Assembly: GCA_030770535.1 (NCBI GenBank)
Contig: JASVEC010000115.1
Location: 1-48,925, forward strand
Origin: Batkoa obscura
Taxonomy: Eukaryota
Length of the DNA stretch: 48,925 nucleotides
Direction: 5' to 3'
Shown here: positions 34,393 to 47,641 of the stretch, one piece after another
How positions within the stretch are numbered: position 1 is the first letter of the stretch
Layout: every line of letters starts with the position of its first letter
Program-made: the position numbers and the translations under genes
The notes under the pieces: model-generated
The model's database searches: none
What the model was told of the DNA's origin: nothing
What the model saw: only the letters and a program-made list of their open reading frames with translations

Positions 34393-36602
34393 CTTTTATT
34401 TTATGATGTTTGTAAAATAATTAATAAAGCCTTTTTATAAAGCCTAACCATATCCTATTAATAGTTATGAATTAGTGTTTATTATTAAATTTTCTTAAAT
34501 ATAGAACCCCTACTTGTTTAATTTTTTTGTGCATCTACTAGAAAATTATTAAAAGAACTTAAATAATACAAATTTACTAATATATTATAGATACATTTAA
34601 AATCCAAGTCTATAAAAAAATAAGCTTATAGCTTGGTAATAAAATACTCTATTTTTCCTTCAATACAGAATTTCATAGAAAACACACAATAATTACTATC
34701 AACCATGTTGTATTTATCTGCTGGTTACAGTTAAAAGATTATGAGCTGCTTTAAAGCTCATAAGCATGTGTTTGTTTAGAACATTGGGATTTATTAAATC
34801 TAAAAGTAAAGATTTGAAAGTTTACAGCAACAATGTTATTACAATACACAATTTAATATTGATTTAACAACTAAATTTTATTCTCAATATATGTATGGAC
34901 TGCTAATATCGCTGTTATACAATATAGAATTTTATTATTGCTACAGCTTTAGTGAAATAAACATAAATGTAAAATTGTACAAACCAATCAACAAATTAAA
35001 GATAAAGGCGTAGAAAAAATATGCATCTTTGAAATTGTTTATAAAGAATATGTATTGTAAAAATTACACTATTCTTTGGTACTATATATACTATCTTATC
35101 ACAATACCTTAGAAAAAATTTGGTTCTCATATACTTAATAACTATATAGACTTTTACTCCACTATTAATATATAATATTCAATTGTATAAAGTTTGAGCC
35201 TGCTGTCACTATAATAAAATTAATATTATAGTAAATTGGTAAATATTGATTATTAAATTATAAATAAGCTGATTTTGAGTAAGTTAGCTACTAAAGAAAT
35301 AGAATAGATATAAACGCATCTATTTAGAGACTTTGAAAATTAAAAACATTCCGTTCAAATAGTGTATAGTTAAATTGCCATTAACTATAATAGCCAATTA
35401 TCAATTAATTAATAGACTTAACACTATATAATGTTTTTATAATTATCGATAAAAAATGAGATTCCTCGAATTATCTATCGCTATCATCGTTAACCCCTAT
35501 TTATAGATTGTTTTCTTTCAAACAGTCACACAATGAAATCAACCAGATGTTGTGTATTTAATATTTGATGATAGTCCAACAGATTATATTCTACAAATAA
35601 TAAATACTTTGTGTTTAAAGTACTTAAAGCCACTTTTTCTTTATTGAATCTAATGCTAATTAAAGATCTGAATTTATTAAATATATATATGATAAAAGTC
35701 ATCAAATTACTCCTTATAGCTATATTCATAGGAGTTTATTTGAACTGTCTACCTATACCTTTAAGCAAGAAATGAGCACTCAAAATTTAGTCCTTCACTT
35801 TTTGGGACAAATTTTTTAAGCACTGTATATGATAAGTCTGGAATTAGGAGAAAATCAGGTTGCTGTTGGTATTTTAAATATTTAGGCTATATCAAGTTGG
35901 TATTAGCACATATACTAATAATCGAAAAGTAAAAAATACCGACCTGAGTTTAATAACATTTATGTTAATATAGTTGAAAAATCAGGCTTCAAAACTTATA
36001 TTTTATTGTTTTACAATATAGCCTCACTAAAAAAGACGCAAAAATTAGCAAAGGTGTTAGTTTGGTAAAATCGAAAGGTTTCTTTGCCTTCATAGCTTCA
36101 TAAAAACGTTCTAGAAGGGGCCCCGCTGATCGAGATGTCCCTACTCAACAAAATACTACTGATGAAAAAGAAAAAAAATACTAAACCAGGAACCTTAGCA
36201 CTTTTGCAATAAGCGGAAGCATCTTTATTAAAATGGTTAGCGGAAAAACCATTTCAGAAACATAGAATTCTGTTAATAGAGAAGGAAATATAGTAATCAC
36301 TATAAGAACTTGGGCTCCTCTTAGAAGAAAAGAAGATAAAACATTCAATTTAAAAGCTCAAGCTCAAGCTCTTATTAACTAAGAGAAAAAATCAGTTACT
36401 TCAGAAAATGAAAATAACTTTGGTGTAGAATCAAGTCTTCCAGTAACCAGCTTTGAAAACGCTACTGGCCTAAAATAGTAATGGGGGGTCTTGGCTCATA
36501 GGAGGTGGTATAAGAGTTTATCGCCCAACCCATACTTTAGAAAGTTCAACCAAGAGTTACCTGGATTAACAAAGAAACCCCTAATTATAACAGATTGTGA
36601 AC

Positions 36603-37068
36603 TGTGAAATATCGCTTTATCACCCCTATGATTGAGTATAACATAACAACCACTTAAGTTGTTGTACTTTCGAGTTCAGAGGTAATTAATCCCATACTCT
36701 TATTTTGATTTGCTATGAGAATTTCTGTAATATGACTCCGAAGGACATTATCTCCCCATTTTGATACCCATACTTGCTGGAGTATAAAAGAGACTCTGGA
36801 ACATAGTAACTCGAGGCTTTTTAACTGAATTATTCCTTGATATCTCCTACACTTGATAAAGCCACTAAGTTTACTTAATAGTATTTTACATAGACTTTAC
36901 ATTAGTATTGTCTATTCTATTTGTCCTATATAGCTTGTAATCTATTACGTGCTATTCTTTATAATTCAAGTCTATCTTAGTCACATAAACTAAGACCTTT
37001 CAACTTACAGTGTAGTCAATCAGGTAATAGTTGCTTTTGACTCCAATCACTAAGTACCAGATTTCACA
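36603..37068 (+). mobile_element. solo LTR, no matching TSD (GAAC / TAGT)
   Basis: Complete LTR ends; abuts a Sola2 remnant. Confidence 0.92.
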
Positions 37069-37990
37069 TAGTCTCATTAAATATGTTTTTTTGAGTACCA
37101 ATATAGAATTTATGTAATTTATATGACTTTTCTTCTTTATTGGAAATTTCTTCTATCTTTGCTTTATTTTTTATTACTGTATTTATTTTATTTTTAAACA
37201 ACTTTCTTCTAACTGTATACTGGGCATATATATTACATAAATCTGTTTTTCTTGTTGCGTTTTTGAAATGATTTGGTATATATTTAAAAAATGTTGGCCT
37301 AGCTACTGCTTTATCTTTTAAACCATCAAAGTATTTATTGTATATGATTCTTCTACTTTGTTTGATATATATTATCTGATGAATATTTACTATCACTATT
37401 TTTTTATTAAATCTTGATGAAATAGTTGAGCTGTTTAGTAAATACTGTACAATAGTTTCAATTTGGTCATCTTTAATTTTTTTTGTATTTTTAATAATAG
37501 GCTGTGATGTTGCTATTTTATTATTATTATTACTTATTTTTGAATAACCATATTGGTTTCTATTTATGTTAAATCTAAAACTTTTACATTCATCAAAAGA
37601 ACATACTGAAGTTATAATTGATAACAATACTACTTATTGGTTTTTGCTTCCTACTTCCCGTAAGCATTAATTTCATATATTACTTAAGTTTATTATTGGG
37701 GATGTATTTTTGTATTTAAGAATTTTACTAACTTTTCGCTTAAATAGCGCTTAAAAAAATGGAAAAAACGATGAAGTTAAAAAAAACATTCGCATTATTG
37801 ATAAACTTTAACCATTTTTGTTTCTTTTTTTTGTTTTATTATAAAATTCCATAAACTTTGAGTTATTATGAATAGTTGTTAAAATAATGCAAATGAATTA
37901 TAACATTTATAATGTGCTCCTCTCTATTGTATTAAAATTTTCAAAAATCCCATTTCGAAGTTTAGCTATGAAAGCTTGCATTTTATTTTA
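37069..37990 (-). pseudogene. decayed Sola2 transposase N-terminal half, cut by the LTR, with a MITE inserted at about 37698-37793
   Basis: ORF 37064-37627 aligns with the intact transposase (IKDDQIETIVQYLLN, TFFKYIP, RKTDLCNI). Confidence 0.9.
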
Positions 37991-38331
37991 TAAAAAATTA
38001 ATTTATTTTTCATAAATCGATTAATGTTTTTTAAAACTTAATTCCCTATTTAATATATAAGATAAAAACTTCAATTTCTATTTGAAAAAATACCTTAATA
38101 TTAAACAATAATAGAAGATTTTAAAATAAAAGAAATACATTAATAATATTAAAATCTATTATAAAAGAAAGGATAGTGAAAAACTAAGGGATAAACTAAA
38201 TAAGGTTAGTTTCACGATTTAACTAATAATCTCTTTAATAAACTTCTAATCCAAACCATAACTTAATCTTATGATTACTATTGCGCGAGCTTGAACTTTT
38301 AGAACCACTTTTAGCTTAAATGCAGATATAT

Positions 38332-38428
38332 GTGGCTGTTTTTTTTAGCTTCATTACTTTTTCCAGCTTTTAAACAGTATTGAGCGGAAAATTTGTTAGT
38401 AAAATTCTTAACACAAAAATATACCCTC
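38332..38428 (+). mobile_element. MITE copy
   Basis: Family core GAGCGGAAAATTTGTTAGTAAAATTCTTAA; ATAT flanks. Confidence 0.7.
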
Positions 38429-39079
38429 ATATATTGAATTTATTGTTTTGTTCTAATACAAGTAAAAGAAGAGAATCATTTGATTCACTTATATTTTAGA
38501 TTTACATTATTTTTATATACTTTTTAATCGTTGATATTCAATTCCAAGTTATAATATAACTTAAAAATGGTACAACAGTTATTATTATTTATGCAGGATC
38601 ATATCGACTATAAGGAAAAATCCAGGGGACTTTAGGATAATAAATTCTAAAAAAGGGAAGCCCATTTCTTTACCACTAGTAATGAGATTTCGGATCAACT
38701 TTTTAACGAAATTGAATATTTAACAGAATCCTATTAATATTAATTTTAGTCTTTTAAAATCATAATAATAAATAATAATAGTATTAAATTATAAAACTAA
38801 AAGTTTAATTAGTCTTGAAATTTAATATATTAAAGAACTTCTATTATTATTGGTTATCTTATAGTTATTATTTTACAACTAATTACTCTATTATTCTAAC
38901 TTAACAATTTGGAATTTATAGCTGAAAATAAAAATTAGGGATAAGATCTTCCAATGATATCATTTCTCAAGATCTTTATTTTCCACTCATTAGCATAAAA
39001 AACAAATCATCACTGTTAATGACTTTATTAATTCCAATTTAATATGTTATTTCTATCTATGTTGTTAAATTGAAAAGGC

Positions 39080-39168
39080 TTCTATCTCCTATCTTTTATC
39101 TTCTATCTTCTATTTTCTATCTTCTATCTCCTATCTTCTATCTTCTATCTTCTATTTTATATCTTCTA
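39080..39168. repeat. degenerate (CTTCTAT)n heptamer microsatellite
   Basis: Direct reading. Confidence 0.9.
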
Positions 39169-39770
39169 TTAAATGCGATAAGTGAACTTCTTTTTTTAGT
39201 ACTCTCCGAGTTCTAATAAGTTTTAATGCAATGTAATTTAATAAAGGTACAAGTTGAATTCAATATTGGAAAGATATATTAAATTTAGACATAGTGGCCT
39301 ATAATAATTCAAGCTATAAATAGATTGGAAATAAGTTCTATTATTATTTTATATTAATATTTCCTTTTTGTTTATTATAATAAATGATAACTTTTGTTAT
39401 ACACAAGATTTTTTCTTTTGATATACCATCAGTTTATATCAAATAAAACTTTAATATTGTATCAAACTAACTACATCTATATAGTTAATAATGATCTAAA
39501 TTTAATATGAACAATATTAAATTGTAATATTCAATTAAACTTGTTAATTTAAGTTTATTGAGCTAAATATAACAATCAGCCAATGATTTTAAGAATCGAT
39601 TAAAAAAGATTTAAGTCAGATTAATAAATACAAAGTTTTCAATAAAAAATCAATAAAATCCCTATAAAATTAATTGGTCATCACTAAGTTATATTTAAAC
39701 AAACAAAAAGTAAAATTAAAGATAAAAAATTGAAAAAAAGTATTTTGATTTTTTTAAAGTTAATTTCATT

Positions 39771-41444
39771 ATGTCTTCATTGTGGAAAAATGGTCAGTTA
39801 CAAATATGTGATCAATGTTATTTAAGTCGTGTAAAATGTGATAAGGGCCTTCCAAAATGTATTCGATGTGTTAAGAGCGATATACAATGTACTTATCTAC
39901 GACTGACAAAGAAAAAAGTTCGAGCTCAAGAAAACCCAATGTTTTACAATTGCATAAATATATTACAAATGAAACCAAGATATTTCAACCGTAAAAGAAA
40001 ATCATTAAAGTATCTAAATGAAGATAAAGGAATAGTAGGGACTTTTATTCAAGTAGATAATAAACTTACAATTAATACTACTTTATTGATGATTCAAAAA
40101 AAATATAACGAGCGTTCATTTGCCAATAGATTTGGTACTTTGTTAGGATTAAACATATTTTCCAATATTAAAATTAATAATAAGCTAGAAAAATTTTATT
40201 TATTAAGTTTCTGTTCATTAAAAATAGACAATAAAAATAATTTCAACAAAAGTAAACAATATCCAGTGACACAATTAAATATTCAAAAAAATGAAGTGAT
40301 TTTAAATAAGGCTAAATTAGCTTATTTTGAAAATATTAATACTTTTATCCCTTTATTTTTAGAATCTAGATATAATACAGAAGACCAACCTATGTTACTT
40401 AATATAGCTATTTGGTTATCTGGCTTAACTTTTTTAATACCGAGTAAAAATGTATTGAATTTAATGAAACAATTAGAACGAGTTTATATTCACTTATTTC
40501 AAGTATCTAGATATAAATCCAATCTTTATCTTTTACAAGCTTCTATTGTATTATATTTTGGCATACGAAGAATTCAACATCCGTTTATTAATATAGAGAA
40601 TTTAATTGATTCCACTATTCATTTATCTAGTAAACTTGGATTACATCTTTCACCTCCAAATATATCTAAATTTCATTTATTAGAAAGAAAGCTTACATTT
40701 TCTGCTTTAAATTATATCTTTTTAATACGTTCTTTTTGTTATGATTCTCATTCCATCTTTAGTAAAGAAGATATAGAACAAGATATCAATTGTTATAAAT
40801 TAGCTAAAACAATAACTCAATCTACTAAAGAATTAATGTCCATAATATTAAGTGATTTAAATTACAAAAAAGCGTATTGTTTTATATCAATTTATCAATT
40901 AAAATATAAAAGATTTAATAACTTTCAACAGACTGAAATATTATCTTTTTATTATTTAAATAAAATAAATAAACATACTTTTAATTGTTATAAGTTGATG
41001 TCTTCTTTAATCAATAATGTAATCACCCCATTTCAACGATCTATGCTTCAAAACATTCAACTTAGTTACTTGCTATATGTACTATATGTAATGAATTACC
41101 TTGCCATAGCTTTACCAAAAGAAACCAAAGTCAACATTAAAAAAAAATATGTTGATACAATTATTAACTTAGCAAAACATATTGTCAATCAAAGTAGTAA
41201 TGAGATATCTACTAATTCATTACATTTTCAATTGGGTAGTTTATCGTTTGCTTTAAATTTATATATAATTTATTGTATTGGTAGAAATCCATTGTCTGAT
41301 CAAGTTATCAACAGAGGTTTAGCTGCTTTATCTTATGCTTCTAATTCCAAACCAGCCAATTTTTCAGCTCAAGAAATGTTACACTTATCTAATTTAGTGT
41401 TGAATACATCGAAAAAGTTTTTGAAAAATTTTATATTAAATTAA
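39771..41444 (+). CDS. Zn(II)2Cys6 fungal transcription factor
   Basis: CDQCYLSRVKCDKGLPKCIRCVKSDIQC binuclear cluster; YFENINTFIPLF and LGLH..ERK middle-homology-like region. Confidence 0.9.
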   Translation: MSSLWKNGQLQICDQCYLSRVKCDKGLPKCIRCVKSDIQCTYLRLTKKKVRAQENPMFYNCINILQMKPRYFNRKRKSLKYLNEDKGIVGTFIQVDNKLTINTTLLMIQKKYNERSFANRFGTLLGLNIFSNIKINNKLEKFYLLSFCSLKIDNKNNFNKSKQYPVTQLNIQKNEVILNKAKLAYFENINTFIPLFLESRYNTEDQPMLLNIAIWLSGLTFLIPSKNVLNLMKQLERVYIHLFQVSRYKSNLYLLQASIVLYFGIRRIQHPFINIENLIDSTIHLSSKLGLHLSPPNISKFHLLERKLTFSALNYIFLIRSFCYDSHSIFSKEDIEQDINCYKLAKTITQSTKELMSIILSDLNYKKAYCFISIYQLKYKRFNNFQQTEILSFYYLNKINKHTFNCYKLMSSLINNVITPFQRSMLQNIQLSYLLYVLYVMNYLAIALPKETKVNIKKKYVDTIINLAKHIVNQSSNEISTNSLHFQLGSLSFALNLYIIYCIGRNPLSDQVINRGLAALSYASNSKPANFSAQEMLHLSNLVLNTSKKFLKNFILN

Positions 41445-41856
41445 TACTAATAATAAAAGTAACAAATAAAAATGAAGTCTTTCGATTTATTTTCTTTAGT
41501 AGACCTTATTAGAAAACAATTATATATTTAGAAATAGTCATTAATTTTTTATTTATTTACTAAATTTAAAATAATCAAGTTCAATTGCCGATACTTTTAC
41601 TTTATTTTTCATTTAGAAATACATAGCTTATATTATATTACTTATTTAGAATGTTAAAATTTAAATTTGAATATCCAGTTGATGTGTTCTTACTCAAAGC
41701 ATTATAATCTTTAACCTAAAACAGGGATCTTTAATTGTAGCAGTAATTCCAATTTTCAAAACTTTGAAATCCAACTTTTATTATCAATAGAAAGTTCAGA
41801 AGGAAACATTATAACTTAAATAGCTAGATAATTCTTTTTTATTCTAGTCAATATTT

Positions 41857-41956
41857 GGGGATGTAGTTTTTTTGTTTAAGAATTTTACTAACAAACTTTC
41901 CGCTCAAATAGCGCTTAAAAAAATGTAAAAGTAATGAAAACAAAAAAAGCATCCAC
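41857..41956 (-). mobile_element. MITE copy
   Basis: GGGGATGT start, reverse complement of the family core. Confidence 0.8.
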
Positions 41957-42417
41957 ATTTATTCAATTGAAATCAAATTCTCTTCAAGAGACCCTCTAGC
42001 AGTTGCTTTAAAAATGCAATATTTACTGTTGCAACCTATTAATACTATTTTTTTTTTTTTTTTTGCAAAATTGTAATATTTTAAACAAGAATAATACCTC
42101 TTGTATCATATCAATATTTCTGTAATAATCAATAAATCAATAATATATCCTTAACGCTATAAATTAATTTAATAAAGTTTATTGATGTCTTTTAACTTAA
42201 ATTCAATCGACTGTAATAGTTAGTCTAAATATCATAAGCAAAAGACAATAATAAAATATAACAAACTATCTACAATAACAACACAGTATAAAAATCATCC
42301 ATCCATCATACAACTCAAAATAAGCAAAAAGAAATCAAAATCAAATATACGTTTTTCCTTTATAATTAAAATAAAAATAAAATAAAATAAACTATTACTT
42401 ATTACACTCAACTTAAT

Positions 42418-45400
42418 TTAATTCCAAAGATTAGGTAAATTATTAAAACTTTTGCTTTCTCTTGCCTCAAAGTACCCTCCTTTATATTGCCATGACTCAC
42501 ATTTTTTACCTTCATAATCAATTGTTGGTTTAAGTTCAAACCAAACGGGTGTATATGTGATATTATTTTGTTCTCTATGACGTCGTCTAGCTCTTTGTAG
42601 TTCTTCTACCCGAGATTTTTCTTGCTCTGCTAGTTCGACTTTACCCTCTTCAAAATACCTTTGATCGGGTCGATATCTAGTATCAGTGATAGGTAGCTTA
42701 TCTTTAATATCCGGTGTAAGTTCATTTAATTCCACTGCAAATTTAGTAAAGTTATACATTTTAGCTGAATTAGCAATGGGTGGGTTGGGACGAAAGATAA
42801 CTTCTAAATGGTCATTTCCTTTATTCCATAAAATAGAATGACTCCATTGACCCTCTAATTGGTACATAGATTTTCCTTTATTATTAAAGATGGTTGCTTT
42901 AATTTCATTATTTGAGGATACAAAAAAGGTGCTCTCTTTAAAGCTCACTTTACTATATTCTTTACTTGTTTGATTTTTAACAATTACTTCTCCAGAATAT
43001 TCTAAATATTTATTCCCACCAACTAAATTACGCATCCATCCAACCGCTTTATTATATGTATAATGCTCATTATATTTTTTAAGTCGAATATGACTTGTTC
43101 CACCAGAATTAAGTTCCATAGATTTACCCCAAAACTTGGATTTTGGACTGGATTCTTGCCAAAATTCATAATTTTCGGATTCACTATAACATGCAAAGAT
43201 TGGTGGATTGTGACTCACTTTTTCAGATATAAATTTTAAATCCATAATCTTCTCTTATATACTCGAACGTTTTCCCCTAAAGTGGATTAAATGGTTTTCT
43301 TGCTGATCTTTGACCTGAAGCTGCATAAGGTGAAATAGCAAATGCAGTTATGTAAATTAATCTCTCTAAAGAATCATCATCCGTTGTATTATTCTTTATT
43401 TAATAATTCAAAATATTCTAATTCTCTCACATAAACGTTGTAAGATATTTAAGGGCATCATTAAGCGAAAACTGGTAATGTTACTGTGGATAAATCTTTT
43501 ACCAACATTTTTTCTTAATATACCCAAAAAACTGATCTCTTCCCCACAAACTGGTGAGGGAAGTTGACTCCTTCGATTAATTAATTTATTTTCTTGTTTG
43601 TTTGGTGAATCACCTTTAGGTTCGAAATTGTCTGCTTCAATTAATTCTTCTTGTAGTAAATTGCTAGATTCATTTTCAATTTCATTGAACTTTTCCTCAT
43701 TTTCTTCATTTTTCAGTATGACTACTTTCATTCTCTACTTCCTCTTCTTCAGCACTACTATCATCATCCTCCGATTCATTAATAACAACCACTGGTTCTT
43801 CTAAATCAGGACTTTCATCGCCTTCCAATGCATCAAAAAATTTCATCATTGTTTCCAGCTGAGGACATGGTCATGATTGAGCTTGTCTTCGACTATAAAA
43901 CTGAACGGCGGCGATTATGTTGACATATACGAGTTGGTGCCATCATATTTTGAAAGGTTACAGATGGATCAGAGGGAGATGGTAAAGGCGAGGATGGCTC
44001 TGAACTTTTTAATTGACTCAATTCAGATACTAAAATTTAAATAATTCAGTTGTGATTTATGACGTTGATTAATTTCTTCTTCTAAAATTTGATACGCTTT
44101 TAGCTTGAATGCTTCTAATTCTCTTGCTTTGATTTTAAATTTCAATTGTTGTTGAAATTAATGAATTGGTTTTTTGAGGTGAATTTATAGATTTATTTGG
44201 ATTTTCTATAAAATTAGTTTTAATTTTATTATTATACGCTATAAATCATCATTACCTTTCTTAGATCTAAATGAGAAGAACTGCAATTTTATTTTCTTTA
44301 CCTGTTCCATTTTTTTCAACGTCAAGCTTTAGGTCTGGTAAATTCAAATCATTCTCATTGAGTGTCTTAGTAATTTGATTGGATAAAAAATCAAAATCAA
44401 TAAAATATTTTCAATCATCCCTTTTAACTCTGGGCATCTAGACTCTGATAAAGTAGGATCCAGAGTATTAATGATTATTATTTAATAATAGATTGTTTAA
44501 TGGACAAAGATCGAGAAATACTATTTACAATATGATTTTGTTCAAAATGATCAGATTCAACTATTTCTTCTAAGTTAAGATTGGTGATTTTGGTGGTATA
44601 TCTTCTAACTCTAAATAATATTACTATCATGCTTTTTTCCCATGCTTTAAAAGCCTCTATAATCTAAAACTTAAATCTAAAAAAAATTGCTACCAGAGAA
44701 TCAATGAACAACATTAAGGTATCATAATCAAAAGTAGCCACAGAATGAGCAATATTTAATGAGCCTCGAACAATTGATTTATCATCTTTAGCAGCATTTG
44801 ATAACATACCTTCTTTTATTATACACCATCTTTTTGCCCAACCTATTTATTAAATTATTCCTATTTCAATTAAATTATCAAATTAATTTACCTTGCATCT
44901 TTTTCCTTTTTTTCTTTAATATCCATCCTGAAATAGAAGGTGACTCTATCTTTACTTTTTTTTCTATTTAACGTATTAAATAAAGCAAAATAATAATTAG
45001 TATTAAGTTTACCTTTAAATGTAGTAACATGAAAAGTTAAATTTTTTAGTAGTGTTCCAAGAATTCGAGTTATCTTTTAAATGTAAATAATTAAATTAAA
45101 GTTAAATTAAATAAATCACCGAAATATAAATATATAAGTTCCCAGTTGATTGATGACTTTGTGTCTCCTTTTAATAGTAGTTTTTATTCGAGTCATAACT
45201 TTTCAATGGCAAAACTTCGATTAACTCTCCTCCTTTATTAAATTTATTTTTTTCTATGACCATTCGTTAAATTTATTCGATTTTCTTTGAACCCGTTTCA
45301 AAATCACTTGTGTGGCTAATATCGATTTGATAACTTAGAGTTGTTTTTATTTATCTCTTCCCCAGGGACTTCCAGACCACAATATATCATTGTTTACGTT

Positions 45401-45689
45401 CCATGTGAATTAACACACCCCCGTCGCTTCCTGCTACTCATACTTCTTATTGTACCATTCACGGTTAGAACCTAGTCCATCAATCATTGGGTTATTACTA
45501 TCATTACTGCTAAATTCATTAATTTCATTTCACATTATGGCTAGACGTATTAACGGTGCTTTGTATAAATAGGCCAAATAAAATGGATTTTTTATGGTTC
45601 GAAAAGGACCAAGAGATGATATCGTGGTTCTTAGGTAAAGTAATATAATGTAAATATTTGTCCTTAGGTAAAATTTCAATCTCTTGCAT
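42418..45689 (-). CDS. OSH3: Osh3-like oxysterol-binding protein (GOLD + PH + ORD), multi-exon, many apparent single-base indels
   Basis: Start MQEIEILPKD..KKSILFGLF (GOLD), SGWILKKKRKKMQG|WAKRW (PH), SEKVSHNPP, KFWGKSME, TDTRYRPDQR (ORD). Confidence 0.85.
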
Positions 45690-46959
45690 TATTATTTATT
45701 AAAAAAGTTAATAAGGCTTGCTTCGATTAGGTTGGTTTCTATGCTTCGTTGTCGCTTTGATTTTTGATTGGTTCACCCTCTGTTGTCAGTCACTAAATCG
45801 AATATTGATTGGTGACTCAAAGGCATTTGTTGATAGATGATTATTAAACTTAATTTATGGCTATTTTATTTGTTCTTGTTCTTTAGTACTTTTACCGCAA
45901 TTTAGTTTCGAGTTCTTGATGTTATTTCTTGTTATCACTTCTTATCCTATACTATTGTGTTACGTGTACTAAATTTAAATCATCTTTAAAAAACGACAAT
46001 ACTAGTTTTCCCACTATGAAGTTATTAAGTTATATCAAATTAATTTTTAGTTATATCTATAGATTAATTTTTATAGCTTTAAATAGAAAAACAAACCTAA
46101 CTCTTTTTTAATTCTTGACTCTGAATAATGAACATTCATATAAAAAACAATATTAAAATATTTACAAAAGTTAAACCAAATCTTTTGGGCTGAAATCAAT
46201 ACAAAAGTAAAATTCAATGATTACAGCAAATGTTCTTTACGCTTAAGAAAAAAATATTTTTACTTTAGAAAAAAATAAAATGTAACTCCTCTGCACCCTA
46301 GCTGAAGGGATTTGCCTAAGGAGTTCGATCACTTTAGAAATTGCTTTGTACTTCAAAAGTAAATATTAGCTTTAAGTCTGTTATTAAGTATGACTTGCTT
46401 TATTTAATGGTCATTTAATTTATATTTCATATTTAAATACGATTGAATTGAAGTATATTTAATGTTATCTTCGCTTAATAATCCGATACCTTTAGCAATC
46501 AATTGGTCACTTGAAATTATTCAGCTTAATTTCATTTGATATTAAATTATAAATTTATAAATAACAGTATTTAATTGTTCACACTGAAATTTAATGAATG
46601 TTATCACTTTGTAAATCGAAATAAAAATATATGCTCAATACATACAATTATAATCATTCATAAAATTACAATTTTTAATCATTTTAATAAAATTAAAACT
46701 CCGCATTCAATTGCGTAACAAAAAAAACAAAGTTAAAAATAAAATGACAAATTAAAATCTCGCCCACAATTTGTTTGATAACCTAAATTAAAAAAGATTA
46801 ATAATCCAATGTTTGATAAACTTATAATATTAAAATATAACTAGCATCACAAGTATATATACGATTCAAAATCACATCTACTTTACATAAAATAAATTTC
46901 TACTTTATACTACACCTTTAGATCCTTAAAGTTAAACCCAACCTCACTTATATTTAATA

Positions 46960-47195
46960 ATGAACTACTTTTTATTTACAAGCTTATTGATCGCATGCTT
47001 TTATTCCAAGAAGAGCCCATGCAATCCCTTTACCTAATACTAACTCAATGGGAAGTTCCAATAACTATTATAATAGAAACTCATATTATAACTCTTAACT
47101 ATTCAAATGATTATGAGAATGCATACTATAATGGGGTGGGAAATTACGATAAGTATTCAAAAAGCAAGTTAGATATTGAGCCTCTTATTAATTAA
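46960..47195 (+). CDS. small secreted Tyr/Asn-rich protein, paralogue 1 (needs frameshift correction)
   Basis: MNYFLFTSLLIACF / IPRRAHAIPLP..NNYYNRNSYY / ..NDYENAYYNG..IEPLIN; TATA-like box upstream, AATAAA downstream. Confidence 0.5.
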
Positions 47196-47546
47196 TTTTA
47201 ATAAAAATAATAAAATAGTTATTTTTTTTTCTCAATTGCTTATTGTATTTGTAAATTGTAGTGGATAGTTTCTCTTATGTAAAAATGATAGTATTAAACC
47301 CTTACATTAAAAAAGTCTTAACAAAAAGGATATATTTCAGATTTACAACTTTTGCCAATAATTCAATAAAAAAATAGGCTAATATTATTCCTGACTATTA
47401 TTTTCCTTCTTTCTTATTTTTGAATTAATAAATATTACTTAGGTATTTACTTTGTAAAATTGTAATTATGTATAAATTGATTTATTTTTCGAATTATATA
47501 CAGTAAATATACATTGTTGAAAAAAAGTGATATACGAAAGACATCT

Positions 47547-47641
47547 GAGGATGTATTTTTTGTTTAAGGATCTTACTGTTAGCCTTTCCATTTAAACAGC
47601 GCTTGAAAATGGAAAAAATGATGAAACCAAAAAACACACTC
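47547..47641 (-). mobile_element. MITE copy
   Basis: GAGGATGTATTTTTTGTTTAAG..AAAAACACACTC family sequence. Confidence 0.75.
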
